Positions 12,548 to 24,541 of a stretch of 64,000 nucleotides of DNA are shown piece by piece (position 1 is the first letter of the stretch; each line of letters opens with the position of its first letter). The notes below the pieces were generated by a model. It made no database searches. It was not told where the DNA came from and saw only the letters and a list, made by a program, of their open reading frames with translations. A program made the translations under genes and the position numbers. The DNA comes from Scyliorhinus canicula (lineage: Eukaryota): positions 94,242,301 through 94,306,300 of the forward strand of contig NC_052153.1 in NCBI RefSeq assembly GCF_902713615.1. The letters are read 5' to 3'.

Positions 12548-15500
12548 TTGAGGGGGTTCGACGGCTACTAATAGGGAGCAACGGAGTTTGGGAATAGCCA
12601 AAAGGCCAGAATTAAATGAAGACAGGGAGGGATGTGGAGTTGGTAGAGGTTAGAGAGACAGGAAGGAACTTGAAAAGATGAGGATTTTAAAATTGAGGCT
12701 ATACTTGACACATTTGGCTGTTAATCTTTTTGTTCACAATTTTGTTCTCTTATGGCTTAGTTTGAACAATTGGAAGGATGTACTAAATTGCTCAATATCA
12801 AAATAATGGTCAAAGGACTTAAAAGTTTTTGAATTTATTTAGTGACTTACAAATGTTTTGGAATGGGCGGCATGGTCGTACAGTGGTTAGCATGCACAGC
12901 GCCAGTGACCCAGGTTCGATTCCCGGCTTTGTTCACTGTCTGTGTGGAGTCTGCACGTTCTTCCCATGTGTGTGTGGGTTTCCTCCAGGTGCTCCAGTTT
13001 CCTCCCAAAAGACGTGCTTGTTAGGTGAATTGGACATTCTGAATTCTCCGTGTACACCCAACAGGCACCGTAGTGTGACGACTCAGGGAGTTTCACAGTA
13101 ACTTCATTGCAGTGTTAATGTAAGCCTACTTGTGACACTAATAAAGATTATTATATGATAGAGCACATGACATGTAGACAATTTACTTCACATTCTGAGC
13201 CACACAGTAGATCTGGCAAACAAAAAAGTAATATGTGGTGTTGGGGACTCTGGAAATATGTGCCACACCCTTTAAGATTATACCTGTTTGTATCTTCCAC
13301 CTTCCCCCTCCAGAAGCAAGGTGGTTCAAAAGTCATTATCTCAGGATACAGGAGCATACCCATTTTCCTCGAGGGGTGCTATTCTACGTCAACACGACTA
13401 CTGCTCACATTAAGTCAGAAGTACTATTTGAAACATTTCTCCTGATTTAATAATCTCAATACATGTCTCCCCACTTCCACCACCCACTCTGATTCAACCA
13501 TTTCTATAGCAGTTCAACAGAAATAGTTGAGTTGGAGTGGGTGCAAGAATAAGGGGCCTCCCAGACTATTAGGAGAAATCTCATTTTCCAAGGTTCAGGT
13601 CCATGTAAAAAGACCATTGAAATGCAGTGGTCAAGTAAAAAATATAATCCCAACAGTTGACGGGATGTTCGTCTTTATAACTAGAAGGCTGGAAGATAAA
13701 GTTGAGAAAGTTTTGTTCTAGCTATCTGGGGAGTACTGTGTATAGTTCCTGGGAAAGCACCTTGGAAATAATATATTAGCCGTCTGTAGACTGCACTGCA
13801 GATTCACCAGCATGTTACTACTGCAGAATACAAACTCCCTGGAATATACCATAGATGTCAGTGTGCAAGTCAACCTTCAAGGCCTTGAAAAATCGCTCCA
13901 AAAAAAAAAAAAAAAAATAGGAATCGGCGACGTGGGTGTGGATGGTCACCATCTGACCCCAAAGTAGGGTCTGCTCTATGTGGGGATGCCTTATACTGCC
14001 TTGCATCTTCAAAACACAGCCCTATCACATGCCCGATTCCTTGCACCCAATTCTAAGGTACTAGTAAGGAAAACACACATGCGTGAGATGAGAAATCGAG
14101 GCTCATCACTAATGCAAGTAACAGTACATATAGTGAATGAAAAGAGTTGACTTACATGCCGAGTATATGCAAAAACATGATTTTTGAGGCTGACAAAATG
14201 GCGTGTGGCCTTATACAATCTACCTCATGATCTATGATAGAAGATTAATGGGCATTTTGATTGGTTGACTTTTTGAAAGGAGTTAATAGATTAGAGGGAG
14301 AGAAAATGTTTCCTCTGCTGAGTCTAAGACAAGAGAACATGGCTTAAAATCAGTCCACGGCCATTTAGGAAAGTGTTATGACCCCCTACAGGGACAGAGC
14401 TGTATAACATCCGCTTCCCCACCTCCAGATATTTTTTATTTATTGGCAACTTAAGAATACAAAAGAATCGGCAACATGCTAAAAACAGTAATACGCAAGA
14501 AGCATTTACAAGATAGCACAAAAATACAAAATCACAGGCTCTCAAGCCAGTACCAAGCAGCACAGACGACTGGAAAAGGACACACCGATACAGGGCATGG
14601 CAGAAGAGAGAACTCCTTTTACAAAAAAAAAGACAAAATACAGGGCAACCACAAGAAACTCAACAAACAATTAAGTACAAGGCAAAGCCGGCAGCACTCA
14701 AGCCAGCGTCCACTTCCTTCCCCCACCCTCCCCGGCTCCAGCAACAGCCCCACGTCACAAAGAGGCGCTCGCCAGCAGCTCAGTCCACTGGAAAAGGACA
14801 GGCAGTGTGAGGTTGAGGAGAAAGAGCGAGAGTACCCCTCTCCCTCACGAGCACCGGGGACCTCTCAACCCCTAGTGCAGAAGCAGGACGGCCTCAACTG
14901 ACAAGGAACCACCTGCGAGGCCCAAAATAACAATACACAACAATAACAGCCAAACAATCCCCCAACAATAAAAAAAAATCAGCATCAGTACAAGCAGTAC
15001 ACAGTCAATTGAGCCGCCACCCTACTGTTCTCAGTTCCAGCATCCGGTCTCCAGAAAACATCCAGTCCAAAACTGCAAAAACGCGGCCGTGCTCATCCAC
15101 TTTCAACCAGGCAGCGAGCCACCCAAAATCCGCCCCATGCCCCACTCCCAGACAGTAAGCAGAAAGGCAGTCAGTAACAAGTACAAGCCCCAGGTGTGGC
15201 AACTGCAGACAGGCAAACTCAATCTTTTCTTTCTCCTGCAAGCAACCTCTCCTCCACCCTACCAGTCACAGCACCGTTCCTCCTTGCAGCAATCCAGGCT
15301 TCAAAGTCTGAAAAAGGCAGGCAGCACACAGAACATGCCAGGTCCAAAGCAGTGTTACAGCCAGAAACAGCAGGAGCTCAGAGAAAGATTCCCCTCCAAC
15401 ACCTCAGAGTGTGAGCTACTCAGATGACTCGCGGGCAGAGCTCCCTCCCCAATTGGAGGAACCCCCCACAGAATATAAACCCCAACCTGGAAGCAGTTAG

Positions 15501-16344
15501 GGGAAGGAGACCCTGTGGAGAGTGGAGAGGAGGATTATTGTGACTAATGTGGAATAAATTGAGTTGTACCCCATCAGCCTGGCCTCTCATGGAGTCTTGT
15601 CTCCATCTACAACAGAAAGAAGTTACCTTTATATAAAGTATGGAACTCTCTCCTACGAAAAAAAAACTCAATTAACTGTTTTAACATTGAGAGACTCTTT
15701 GTTTTAGAGAATATAAATGAAGTCCCGTTATTATAAATTTCATTGCCTACCATAATAGTCAACAGAAACTAGTCATGGACAGGAGTTCACATAGGGAATA
15801 CCAAGAACTACATTTTCCCTATGAATTATTCTATAATAAGGAGGAAAACAAATCAAATGCAGTTACTGGTCACATAATCCCCACTAGATGAAAGTGATGT
15901 TAGGAAATTGTTCATTGAAAGAGTAACTAAAATTTCAAAACCAATTATTCAAGCCCCGTAGTTGGGGTGACAACTTGGATTCATTAACAGTGCTGGCATA
16001 ACATAAATTTCCATTGTGAATTTTCAAAGTGATTTACAGTGTTCCCAAATACCACCCCCCCCACCCTAATTTGAGTCTATGCTGAGTAGCTCCACCTTCA
16101 TTACAAAGGGCAATTCTCAGTAGTATGATATCTAACCCACGTATGGACAAAACTCAATATTCTGATTCTATATTAGAGAAACAAAAACTGCAGACAGCCA
16201 AAGTGGGCTCCTTGTGGTCATCAGTGACAACAGCAGCATGCTATTTAAGTGACAGAGTCAGGGGAAAAATATGTCAGGTCAAAATAGAAGACTTAATATT
16301 TGCACAACAACAATGATAAAAACAGCAACTTGTTCCTCCAAATA

Positions 16345-16520
16345 TAATAATAATCACTTATTGTCACAAGTAGGCTTCAATGAAGTTACTGTGAAAAGCC
16401 CCTGGTCGCCACATTCCGGCGCCTGTTCGGGGAGGCTGGTACGGGAATAGAACCCACGCTGCTGGCATTGTTCTGCATTACAAGCCAGTTATTTAGCCCA
16501 GTGTGCTAAACCAGCCCCAG
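16345..16520 (-). mobile_element. Short tRNA-derived SINE with a different head but the same Rex1-like tail
   Basis: Minus strand gggctggtttagcacactgggctaaataactggc..gggttctattcccgtacc, joined directly to ccgaacaggcgccggaatgtggcgaccaggggcttttcacagtaacttcatt..gtgacaataag. Confidence 0.7.
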
Positions 16521-16999
16521 CCTAATATAGAAACCATATCAGCAGAATATCATAATGCTCAGGGCAAACGGGATTACAGTACCATAAAGGGCTGGCATAT
16601 CCCAGTCGTTATATTCTGATCCCCAATTATATTAGGTGACATTAGTCCTTGCTTCCCAATGTGGAGCTCCACATTCCCCATGATTACAACACTTCCAAAG
16701 TCAAATGGGTTGCCAACACTAGTTTATGAACGGAAGCCACTTGGGGGAAGGTGGCAGGAGGTATATAAAATCAATAAGGGTTATGGGGAGAAGGCAGGAG
16801 AATGGGGATGTGAAACACATCAGCCATGATTGAATGGCGGAACAGACTCAATGGGTCGAGTGGCCTAATTCTGCTTCTATGTCTTATGATCTTATATTGT
16901 ACCTTTCCTAACTTTTAGACATTAAAACCACTTCACAGCCAGTGTGTGGAAGTCATGTTATAACACTCGTACAATTATACAACAACATGGGCCATTAGC

Positions 17000-17222
17000 G
17001 GGCAGCACGGTGGCACAGTGGTTAGCACTGCTGCCTCACAGCATTGAGGACCCGGGGTTGATCCTGGGTCACTATCCATGTGGGGTTTGCACATTCTCCC
17101 AGTGTCTGTGTGGGTCTTACCCACACAACCCAAGGATGTGCAGGATAGGTGGATTGTCTACGATAAATTGTCCCTTAAATTGGAAAAAAAAAAAGAACTG
17201 GGTACTCCAAATTTATTTTTAA
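17000..17222 (+). mobile_element. HE1-related SINE with short tail (ttaattggaaaa..ttgggtactctaaattt)
   Basis: Same head and a shortened V-core but a different tail. Other copies at ~8078-8280, 8730-8830, 20915-21150, 23127-23345 and 47822-48035 (+), and 30265-30487 and 50226-50425 (-). Confidence 0.8.
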
Positions 17223-17807
17223 AATATTTGCCATTAGCTTCAACAGAAGGAACATTCTCACCAATTTTATCTTGGAGTTTTCTCCATTACAGATGAATGA
17301 TTACTCATATCCTACATAGAGAAAATCTGCAGTGTAACAAGCCAAATATTAAAAAGTTGAAAGCTGATTGGACACTACTTCAAACAGCAGAAATAACAAA
17401 CACAGTAGACATATCTATTCCTTTAGACTGCTGTAATTTTCACAATCCAAAATGGCTTGAGAATAATTTGTCGTACTATTAGAGTAATTAGTAAGAAAAC
17501 AAAGTTAACATTTCAGTGATTTCATGACTTTTCTAACTTGCTTATGTGAAATCCCCTTCACATGAACAATGCCTCAAAACACTTTATAAATGGGTGTAAT
17601 AAAAATGAACACCTACATAGGAGGCAGGAGATTAAGACAAGGAAATCAGAAAATACAAATGAACAGAAACAGATTTAAGGGAAAGGGTTCCAAAGAGTAA
17701 AGCCAAAGCAGCTGGAGGTTCTACCACCAACAGTCAGATTCAGTAAAGTTTATTGCACAGAAGGCCAGAGCTAATTAGTGGAGCATTTGGAGCACATTCA
17801 GGGATGG

Positions 17808-18156
17808 AGATAGAACATAGAACAGTACAGCACAGAACAGGCCCTTCGGCCCTCAATGTTGTGCCGAGCCATGATCACCCTACTCAACCCACGTATCCAC
17901 CCTATACCCGTAACCCAACAACCCCCCCCCCTTAACCTTACTTTTATTAGGACACTACGGGCAATTTAGCATGGCCAATCCACCTAACCCGCACATCTTT
18001 GGACTGTGGGAGGAAACCGGAGCACCCGGAGGAAACCCACGCACACAGGGGGAGGACGTGCAGACTCCACACAGACAGTGACCCAGCCGGGAATCGAACC
18101 TGGGACCCTGGAGCTGTGAAGCATTTATGCTAACCACCATGCTACCCTGCTGCCCC
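17808..18156 (-). mobile_element. HE1/V-SINE-type tRNA-derived SINE, young subfamily, CR1-type tail
   Basis: Minus strand has A box TAGCATGGTGG, B box GGTTCGATTCC, V-core (gtgtgcgtgggtttcctccgggtgctccggtttcctcccacagtccaaagatgtgc) and a (ttctatg)n tail. Confidence 0.9.
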
Positions 18157-18194
18157 AGATGTTTGCAGAGTTGCAGTACAGCAAGATCATAGAA

Positions 18195-18482
18195 AGACAG
18201 CACAGTGGTTAGCACTGATCTCTCACAGCACCAGGGATCCGGGTTTAATTACCATCTTGGGTGTATGTCTGTGTGGAGTTTGTACAGTCTCGCCATGTCT
18301 GCGTGGGTTTCCTCCCACAGTCCAAAGACGTTAGGTGGATTGGCCATGCTAAATTGTCCCTTATGTGTCCAAAAAATGTTAGGTGGGATTACTGGGTTAC
18401 ATGGATAGGGTGAGGATGTGGGCCCTCTTTCAGGAGTTCGGTGTAGACTCGATGGGCCGAATGGCCTCCTTCTGCACTGTAG
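18195..18482 (+). mobile_element. HE1-type SINE, CR1-type tail
   Basis: tRNA head, V-core and gggccgaatggcctccttctgcactgt tail. Confidence 0.8.
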
Positions 18483-18954
18483 TGGTGCTTTGATTTATAG
18501 ATACAGACCAACGTTTTGTATTCAATGCATTGAAGCTGAGTCAGTGAAGGTAATTGAGGAGTGTTTGGAGTTCATCTCAACAGAATCCATTCAAACCGAT
18601 TCAATTGAGACACTCATTTATGAAATCTGCTTAAAATCCATTGGGGACAGCACTTACAGATGCAAGTCAGCACTTGCAGATGCAAGTCAGCATATACAAA
18701 GTTCCCTTGTTGTAAGGGAACCACCAAGAGGAAGTCACTTGCAAAATGGTCTCAAATCTTAAGAGTTCCATGTCATCATTGTAACTGAAAACTAGCCCAT
18801 TCATGGTGTGCGATAGTTTAATCAGCAAGAGGGATAATGGCTGCCATAAAACTTGGTCACCAGAGCACCTTAGCATCCAACCTAACTACTGTGGGAAGTA
18901 TCATAATTTAAGAAATTTTGTTAGCACCATCATTCCTCAGATTGCAATACAGAG

Positions 18955-19095
18955 GAGGCGGTGGTGCAGTGGTTTTGTCACTAGACTAGTAATTCAAAGA
19001 CCCAGGGTACTGCTCTGGGGACCCGGGTTCAAATCCCACCCCAGCAGGTAGTGAGATTTGAAGTCTAATGGTGACCATGAAAACTTTGTCGATTG
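18955..19095 (+). mobile_element. Other tRNA-derived SINE head
   Basis: gtggtgcagtgg (A box) ... gggttcaaatccc (B box), followed by a body unrelated to the V-core. Confidence 0.55.
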
Positions 19096-19099
19096 TCAT

Positions 19100-21850
19100 A
19101 ATCTAATTCAGCCTAGGGTCTTAAAAAAGCTGGCTAATGTAGAATTAGATGCATTGATGTTAATTTTCCACAATTCTCTCGGTTCGGGAAAGATTCCATC
19201 AAACTGAAAAATAGCAAATACTTGCAGTGAAGAAAAGAGGAAAACAGGAAACTATAAGCAAGTTAGCTTGATGTCTGTCATGGGAAAAATGCTAGAGTTT
19301 ATAGCTGGTCACTTATAAAAACTGAAAATAATCAGGAAGACTCAGCATGGTTTTGTGAAAGAAAAATTATGTTTAACCAATTTATTAGGATTCTCTGAAG
19401 GAGTAACATGCTGTGGATAATGGGGGGCCTGTGGACATACTGTGCTTGGCAGAAAATTAAAGCTCATGGTATAGGGGTAACATATTAGCATGGATAGAAG
19501 ATTGGCAGAAATCAAAGAAAATACATAATGGGTTTTTGTCTGACTAGGAGTGGAGTCTTGCCGCAAAGGTCTGCACCGGGGCCTCAACCTTTTACAATTT
19601 CCATCAATAAAAATTTACGGCAATCCGCATACTGCCACAACCAGTCCACGGCAGACGCCATCTGCCTGCCCATCTCGACAACAAGTCAGTATTCACCAGA
19701 GAAGGACTTGGTGGATGATGAGTGCGGGGAAGAGTGTCTAAATAGTTTGGGTCATGAGATCAAAAAGGAGGTATTGGGGGTCTTGAAAAAGATTGAGGTA
19801 GACAAGTCCCCAGGGCCTGACGGGATATACCCCAGAAAATGGAGAGGCAAGGGTGGAAATCGGTGGTGTCTTGAGTGAAATCTTTGTATCCTCACCGGCT
19901 ACAAGGGAGGTCCCAGCGGACTGGAGAACAGCCAATGTTGTTCCTTTGTTTAAGGATAGCAAGGATAATCCAGGTAATTACAGGCCGGCTCTTATGTCAG
20001 TGGTAGGGAAATTATTGGACAGGATTCCCTTCCACTTGGAAGTATTAGCGGTGGGCAACATGGCTTTGTAAAGGGAAGATCGTGTCTCACTAACTTGATC
20101 GAGTTTTTCGAGGAAGTGATGAAGATGATTGTTGAGGGTAGGGCAGTGGATATTGTCTACATGGACTTCAGTAAGGCCTTTGACAAGGTCCCTTATGGCA
20201 GACTGGTACAGAAGGCAAAGTTGCACGGGATCAGAGGTGAGCTGACAAGATGGATACACAACTGGCTCGTGTTTCTGAATGGAAGGCTGCATTCCTCAGG
20301 GATCAGTGCTGAGACCCTTGATGTCTGTAATTTATATAAATGATTTGGAGGAAAATGGAATTGGTTTGATTAGTAAGTTTGCGGACGACACAAAGGTTAG
20401 TGGAATTGCAGATAGTGATGAGGACCGTCAGAGGATACAGGTCGGTTGGAGACTTGAGCAGAGAGATGGCAGGTGGAGTTTAATCCATTCAGATGGGCAG
20501 CGCCGTAGCATAGTGGTTAGCACAGTTGCTTCACAGCTCCAGGGTCCCAAATTCGATTCCCGGCTTGGGTCACTGTCTGTGTGCAGTCTGCACTTTCTCT
20601 CCGTGTGCGTGTGGGTTTCCTCCGGTTTCCTCCCACAGTCCAAAGATGTCCAGGTTAAGTGGATTGGCCATTCTAAATTTCCCTTCATGTCCAAAAGGTT
20701 AGGTTGGGTTACAAGGATAAAGGGAATAGGGTGGAGGTGTGGGGTTTAAGTAGGGTGCTCCTTCCAAGGGCCGGTGCAGGCTCGATGAACTGAATGGCCT
20801 CCTTCTGCACTGTAAATTCTATGATAATCCGGACAAATGTGAAGTAATGCACATTTTGGATGGTCTAATATAGATATACAGTAAATGGTCGAACCCTTAA
20901 GAGTATGGAAGAGGAGGATGGCGCATGGCAAGCATTGCTGCCTACGGCTCTGAAGACCCGGGTTTGAAAGCCAGCCCTGGGTCACTGCCTGTGTTTGAGT
21001 CAGATGTCTGAGTTTGCACATTCTCCCCGTGTCTGCGTGAGTTTCACCCCCACAACGCAAAGTTGTACAGGTTAGGTGAATTGGGCCACGCTAAATTGCC
21101 CCTTAATTGGAAAAAAAAAATTGGGCACATTAAATTAATATATTTTTTTAAATGAGTATGACAGAGGGATCTGGGTGTACAGGCGCACAGGACACTGAAG
21201 CATACGGCATGCTTGCCTTCATTGGTCGGGGCATTGAGTTTAAAAATTGGCAAGTCATGTTGCAGCTTTATAGAACCTTAATTAGGCCACACTTGGAATG
21301 TAGTGCTCAATTCTGATCGCCACACTACCAGAATGATATGGAGTGTTTGGAGAGGGTACAGAAAAGATTTACCAGGATGTTGCCTGGCATGGAGGGCATT
21401 AGCTATGAGAGGTTGGAGAAACTTATTTGTTCTCACTGGAATGACAGAGGTTGAGGGGGTGACCTTTTAGAAGTCTACAAGATTATGAGCTGCACGGACA
21501 GAGTGGGCAGTCATAAGCTTTTTCCCAGGGTAGAAGAGTCAATTACTAGAGGCAATAGGTTTAATGTGAGGGGCAAGGTTTAAAGGAGATGTACGGGGCA
21601 CTTTTATTTTACACGGAGGATGGTGGGAGCCTGGAACTCGCTGCCGGAGGTGGTAGTGGAAGCAGATACGATAGTGACTTTCAAGGGTCGCCTTGACAAA
21701 TACATGAATGGGATGGGAAATGTAGGTTACGGCCCCCGGAAGGGTAGGGTTTTTTTTTTAAGTTCAGACAGGCAGCATGGTCGGTGCAGGCTTGGGAGGG
21801 CCGGAAGGCCTGTTCCTGTGCTGTAATTTTCTTTGTTCTATGTCCTATGT
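19100..21850 (+). mobile_element. CR1 LINE ORF2 3' fragments (at least two copies) with nested SINEs
   Basis: [41 protein letters not shown] and FADDTK motifs, ending in a 3' tail ..ttctatgtcctatgt. Confidence 0.88.
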
Positions 21851-23530
21851 CAGACTCCTATTCGTTGACTATAATGTTGCGTTCTGTGATCTTGTCTTTG
21901 CAATGATTCACCCAGAATTGCTGGTGACTTAACTAGAATGACGATGTACTGATTAACACGTGGAGCGGTAACACACAGACTGCTATACAGACTAAGTTAT
22001 TGTTCAAGTTTCATGAACTCTCCTGGAACTACCTGGTTTGCAACTGTCCTGTTGTGCACCTTACTACCAACTGGCGAGAGTCGGATGTCATATGACCAAT
22101 GGCTGGCGCCATTGCTGGTTGGAGGTCACACTGCTAACTACATCACCACATACAGCTCCATCTTCAACGCCATAATACAAGTCAAGCACATATCAAATAT
22201 CCGAAAACTAGGACTTGGCTCCTCACTCTGCAACTAGATCCTCAATTTCCTGATCCATAAACCACAATCAGTAAGGATAAACAACAACACCTCCTCCACG
22301 ATAGTCCTCAATACCGGGGCCCCGCAAGGCTGCATACTTGGCCTTCTACTATACTCCCTATACACAACACACACAATGTCAAAATTTGGTTCCAACGCCA
22401 TCTACAAGTTTGATGACAGGACTGGGTCGGATCGGATCTCAAAAAATGATGAGTCAGAGTACAGGAAGGGGTTAGAGAACCCAGTGGCGCGGTATAACAA
22501 CAACAATCTCCACCTGAATGCCAGCAAAACTAAGGAGCTGGTCATGGACTTCAGGAAGCGAAGTATCATACTTAACCCTGTCTGCATCACTGGTGCAGAG
22601 GTGGAGATGGTTGACAGCTTCAAATTCCTCACTGTGCACATCACCAACAATCTGTCCTGGTCCACCTACATTGATGCTATGACTAAGAAAACACAACAGC
22701 ACCTATACTTCCTCAGGAAACTAAGGAAATTCGGCATGCCCACATTGACTCTTACCAATTTTTACGGATGCACCACAGAAAGCATCCTATCTTGCTGCAT
22801 CACAGACTGGTATGGCAAATGCTCGGCCATTTACTAAGAAACTACAAAGAGTCGTGAACACAGCCCAATCCATCACTCGGACCCGCCTCTCATCTACTGA
22901 CTCATTCTACACCTCCCGCTGCCTTGAGAAATCGTGCCGCATAATCAACGACTCCTCCCACCCGGGTTATTCTCTCTTCAACTTCTTCCATCAGGAGGAG
23001 ACACAAAGTCTGAGAATACACTAACACGTTCAAAACAGCTTCTTCCCCAGTGTTACCAGACTCCTGAATCTCTTGTGGATTGAACTGATCTCTCCACACG
23101 TGGTACTACCGAGTAGTACCACACTCGGGGGACACACGGTAGCGCAGTGGTTAGCATTGCTGCCTACAGCGCTGAGGACCCGGGTTTGATCCCGGCCCCG
23201 GGTCACTGTCTGTGTGGAGTTTGCACATTCTCCCTGTGTCTGCGTGGGTTTCACCCCACAGCCCAAAGATGGACAGGTTAGGTGGATTGGCCAAGTAAAA
23301 TTGCCCCTTAATTGGAAAAAAAATAATTGATACTCCTAAATTTATGTTGAAACAAAAATAGTACTACATTCTGTATGCTTCACCCGATCTTTGTGTCTAT
23401 GTATTTACATTGTGTATTTATCTTGTGTCCTTTTTTTTCATGTATAGAACGATCTGTCTGGACTGTTCGCAGATCAATACTTTTCACTGTACCTCGGTAC
23501 AAGTGACAATAAATCTAAATCCAATCCAAT
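21849..23530 (+). mobile_element. Rex1/Babar-type LINE RT 3' fragment
   Basis: TGAPQGC motif region, LNASKTKELVMDFRK, FKFL.VHI...LSW and QHLYFLRKLRKFG. 3' tail cttttcactgtacctcggtacaagtgacaataaa followed by (tccaa)n. Confidence 0.85.
21872..22150 (-). mobile_element. Solo LTR (~279 bp) inserted in a Rex1 LINE
   Basis: Minus strand begins TGTGGTGATG and ends ACATTA, resembling the termini and length of the 281-bp Gypsy LTR. It interrupts the Rex1 sequence gactcctattcgttgacta|...|tacagctcc. Confidence 0.55.
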
Positions 23531-24029
23531 GACTAAGATGAAGTGAGCAAAGGCATAGCTAAATTTGCAGGTGACACAAAGGTAGGAAAGTATGGCGTGA
23601 AGACGTGAGGTTGCAGACAGATATCGATAGGGTGAGTGAGTGGGCAATCATCTGCATGATGGAGTATAATGCAGGAGTAAGTAAACGTGTTCACTTTGGC
23701 AGGAAGAATAACAAAGCAGAGTATTACTTACTACGGAGAGCTGCAGAATTCCGAGGTCGAGAGGGACATAGTGCATGGGTCACAAAAAGTTAGCGTGCAG
23801 ATACAGTAAATAATTAAGGCGGTTAATGGAATTCTATCCTTTATTACGAGAGGAATTGTAAGGGTGTTATGCTTCAGTTATACACATCGTGAATACTGTG
23901 TGCAGTTTTGGCCTCCTTATTTAAGGATGGATGCGAATGCTTTAGAGATGGCTCAGAAAAGGTCGACTAGGTTGATAACTGGAATGAGCAGGTTGTCTTA
24001 GGACAGGGATAAGTTGAACAAGCTGGGCT

Positions 24030-24378
24030 TAGAACATAGAACATAGAACAGTACAGCACAGAACAGGCCCTTCGGCCCTCAATGTTGTGCCGAGCCATGA
24101 TCACCCTACTCAAACCCACGTATCCACCCTATACCCGTAACCCAACAACCCCCCCCCCTTAACCTTACTTTTATTAGGACACTACGGGCAATTTAGCATG
24201 GCCAATCCACCTAACCCGCACATCTTTGGACTGTGGGAGGAAACCGGAGCACCCGGAGGAAACCCACGCACACAAGGGGAGGACGTGCAGACTCCACACA
24301 GACAGTGACCCAGCCGGGAATCAAACCTGGGACCCTGGAGCTGTGAAGCATTTATGCTAACCACCATGCTACCCTGCT
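24030..24378 (-). mobile_element. HE1/V-SINE-type SINE, almost identical to 17808-18156
   Basis: Same diagnostic tail (gttgtgccgagccatgatcaccctactc); only a few differences. Confidence 0.9.
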
Positions 24379-24442
24379 TATCTCCACTGGAGTTCAGAAG
24401 AATGAACAGTGACTTGATTGAAGTATACAAGACCTTGAATGG

Positions 24443-24541
24443 ATAAAAGCAAATTCCTGTGGATGCTGGAAGGTGAAAACCCCCCAGAAAATACTGGCAA
24501 TCTCAGCAGGTCTGACAGCATCTGTGAAGAGAGAAGGGAGC
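24443..24541 (+). mobile_element. Short Penelope-type terminal fragment inserted with a ~15-bp TSD
   Basis: cagaaaatactggcaatctcagcaggtctgacagcatctgtgaagagag is flanked by caagaccttgaatgg / caagatcctgaatgg. A reverse-oriented relative lies at ~34870-34975. The family assignment is from memory of shark repeats. Confidence 0.5.

Noticed and set aside
14440-15420. Several 70-140 aa ORFs of low-complexity Q/S/K/P composition
   Set aside because: No domain similarity. It looks like strand-biased repeat debris inserted after a CR1 fragment, and I could not assign a family.
16440-16520. tRNA-like A/B boxes as a true tRNA gene
   Set aside because: No full cloverleaf, and it is fused to a LINE-like tail, so it is a SINE head.
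17955-18215. Recurrent peptide 'GHCLCGVCTSSPCVRGFPPGAPVSSHSPKMC' appearing in many ORFs
   Set aside because: It is a translation of the SINE V-core, not a gene family.
18645-18692. Short direct duplications (20 bp here; 18 bp at 38446 and 42657; 12-13 bp at 9603 and 39031)
   Set aside because: These are ordinary slippage duplications with no sign of function.
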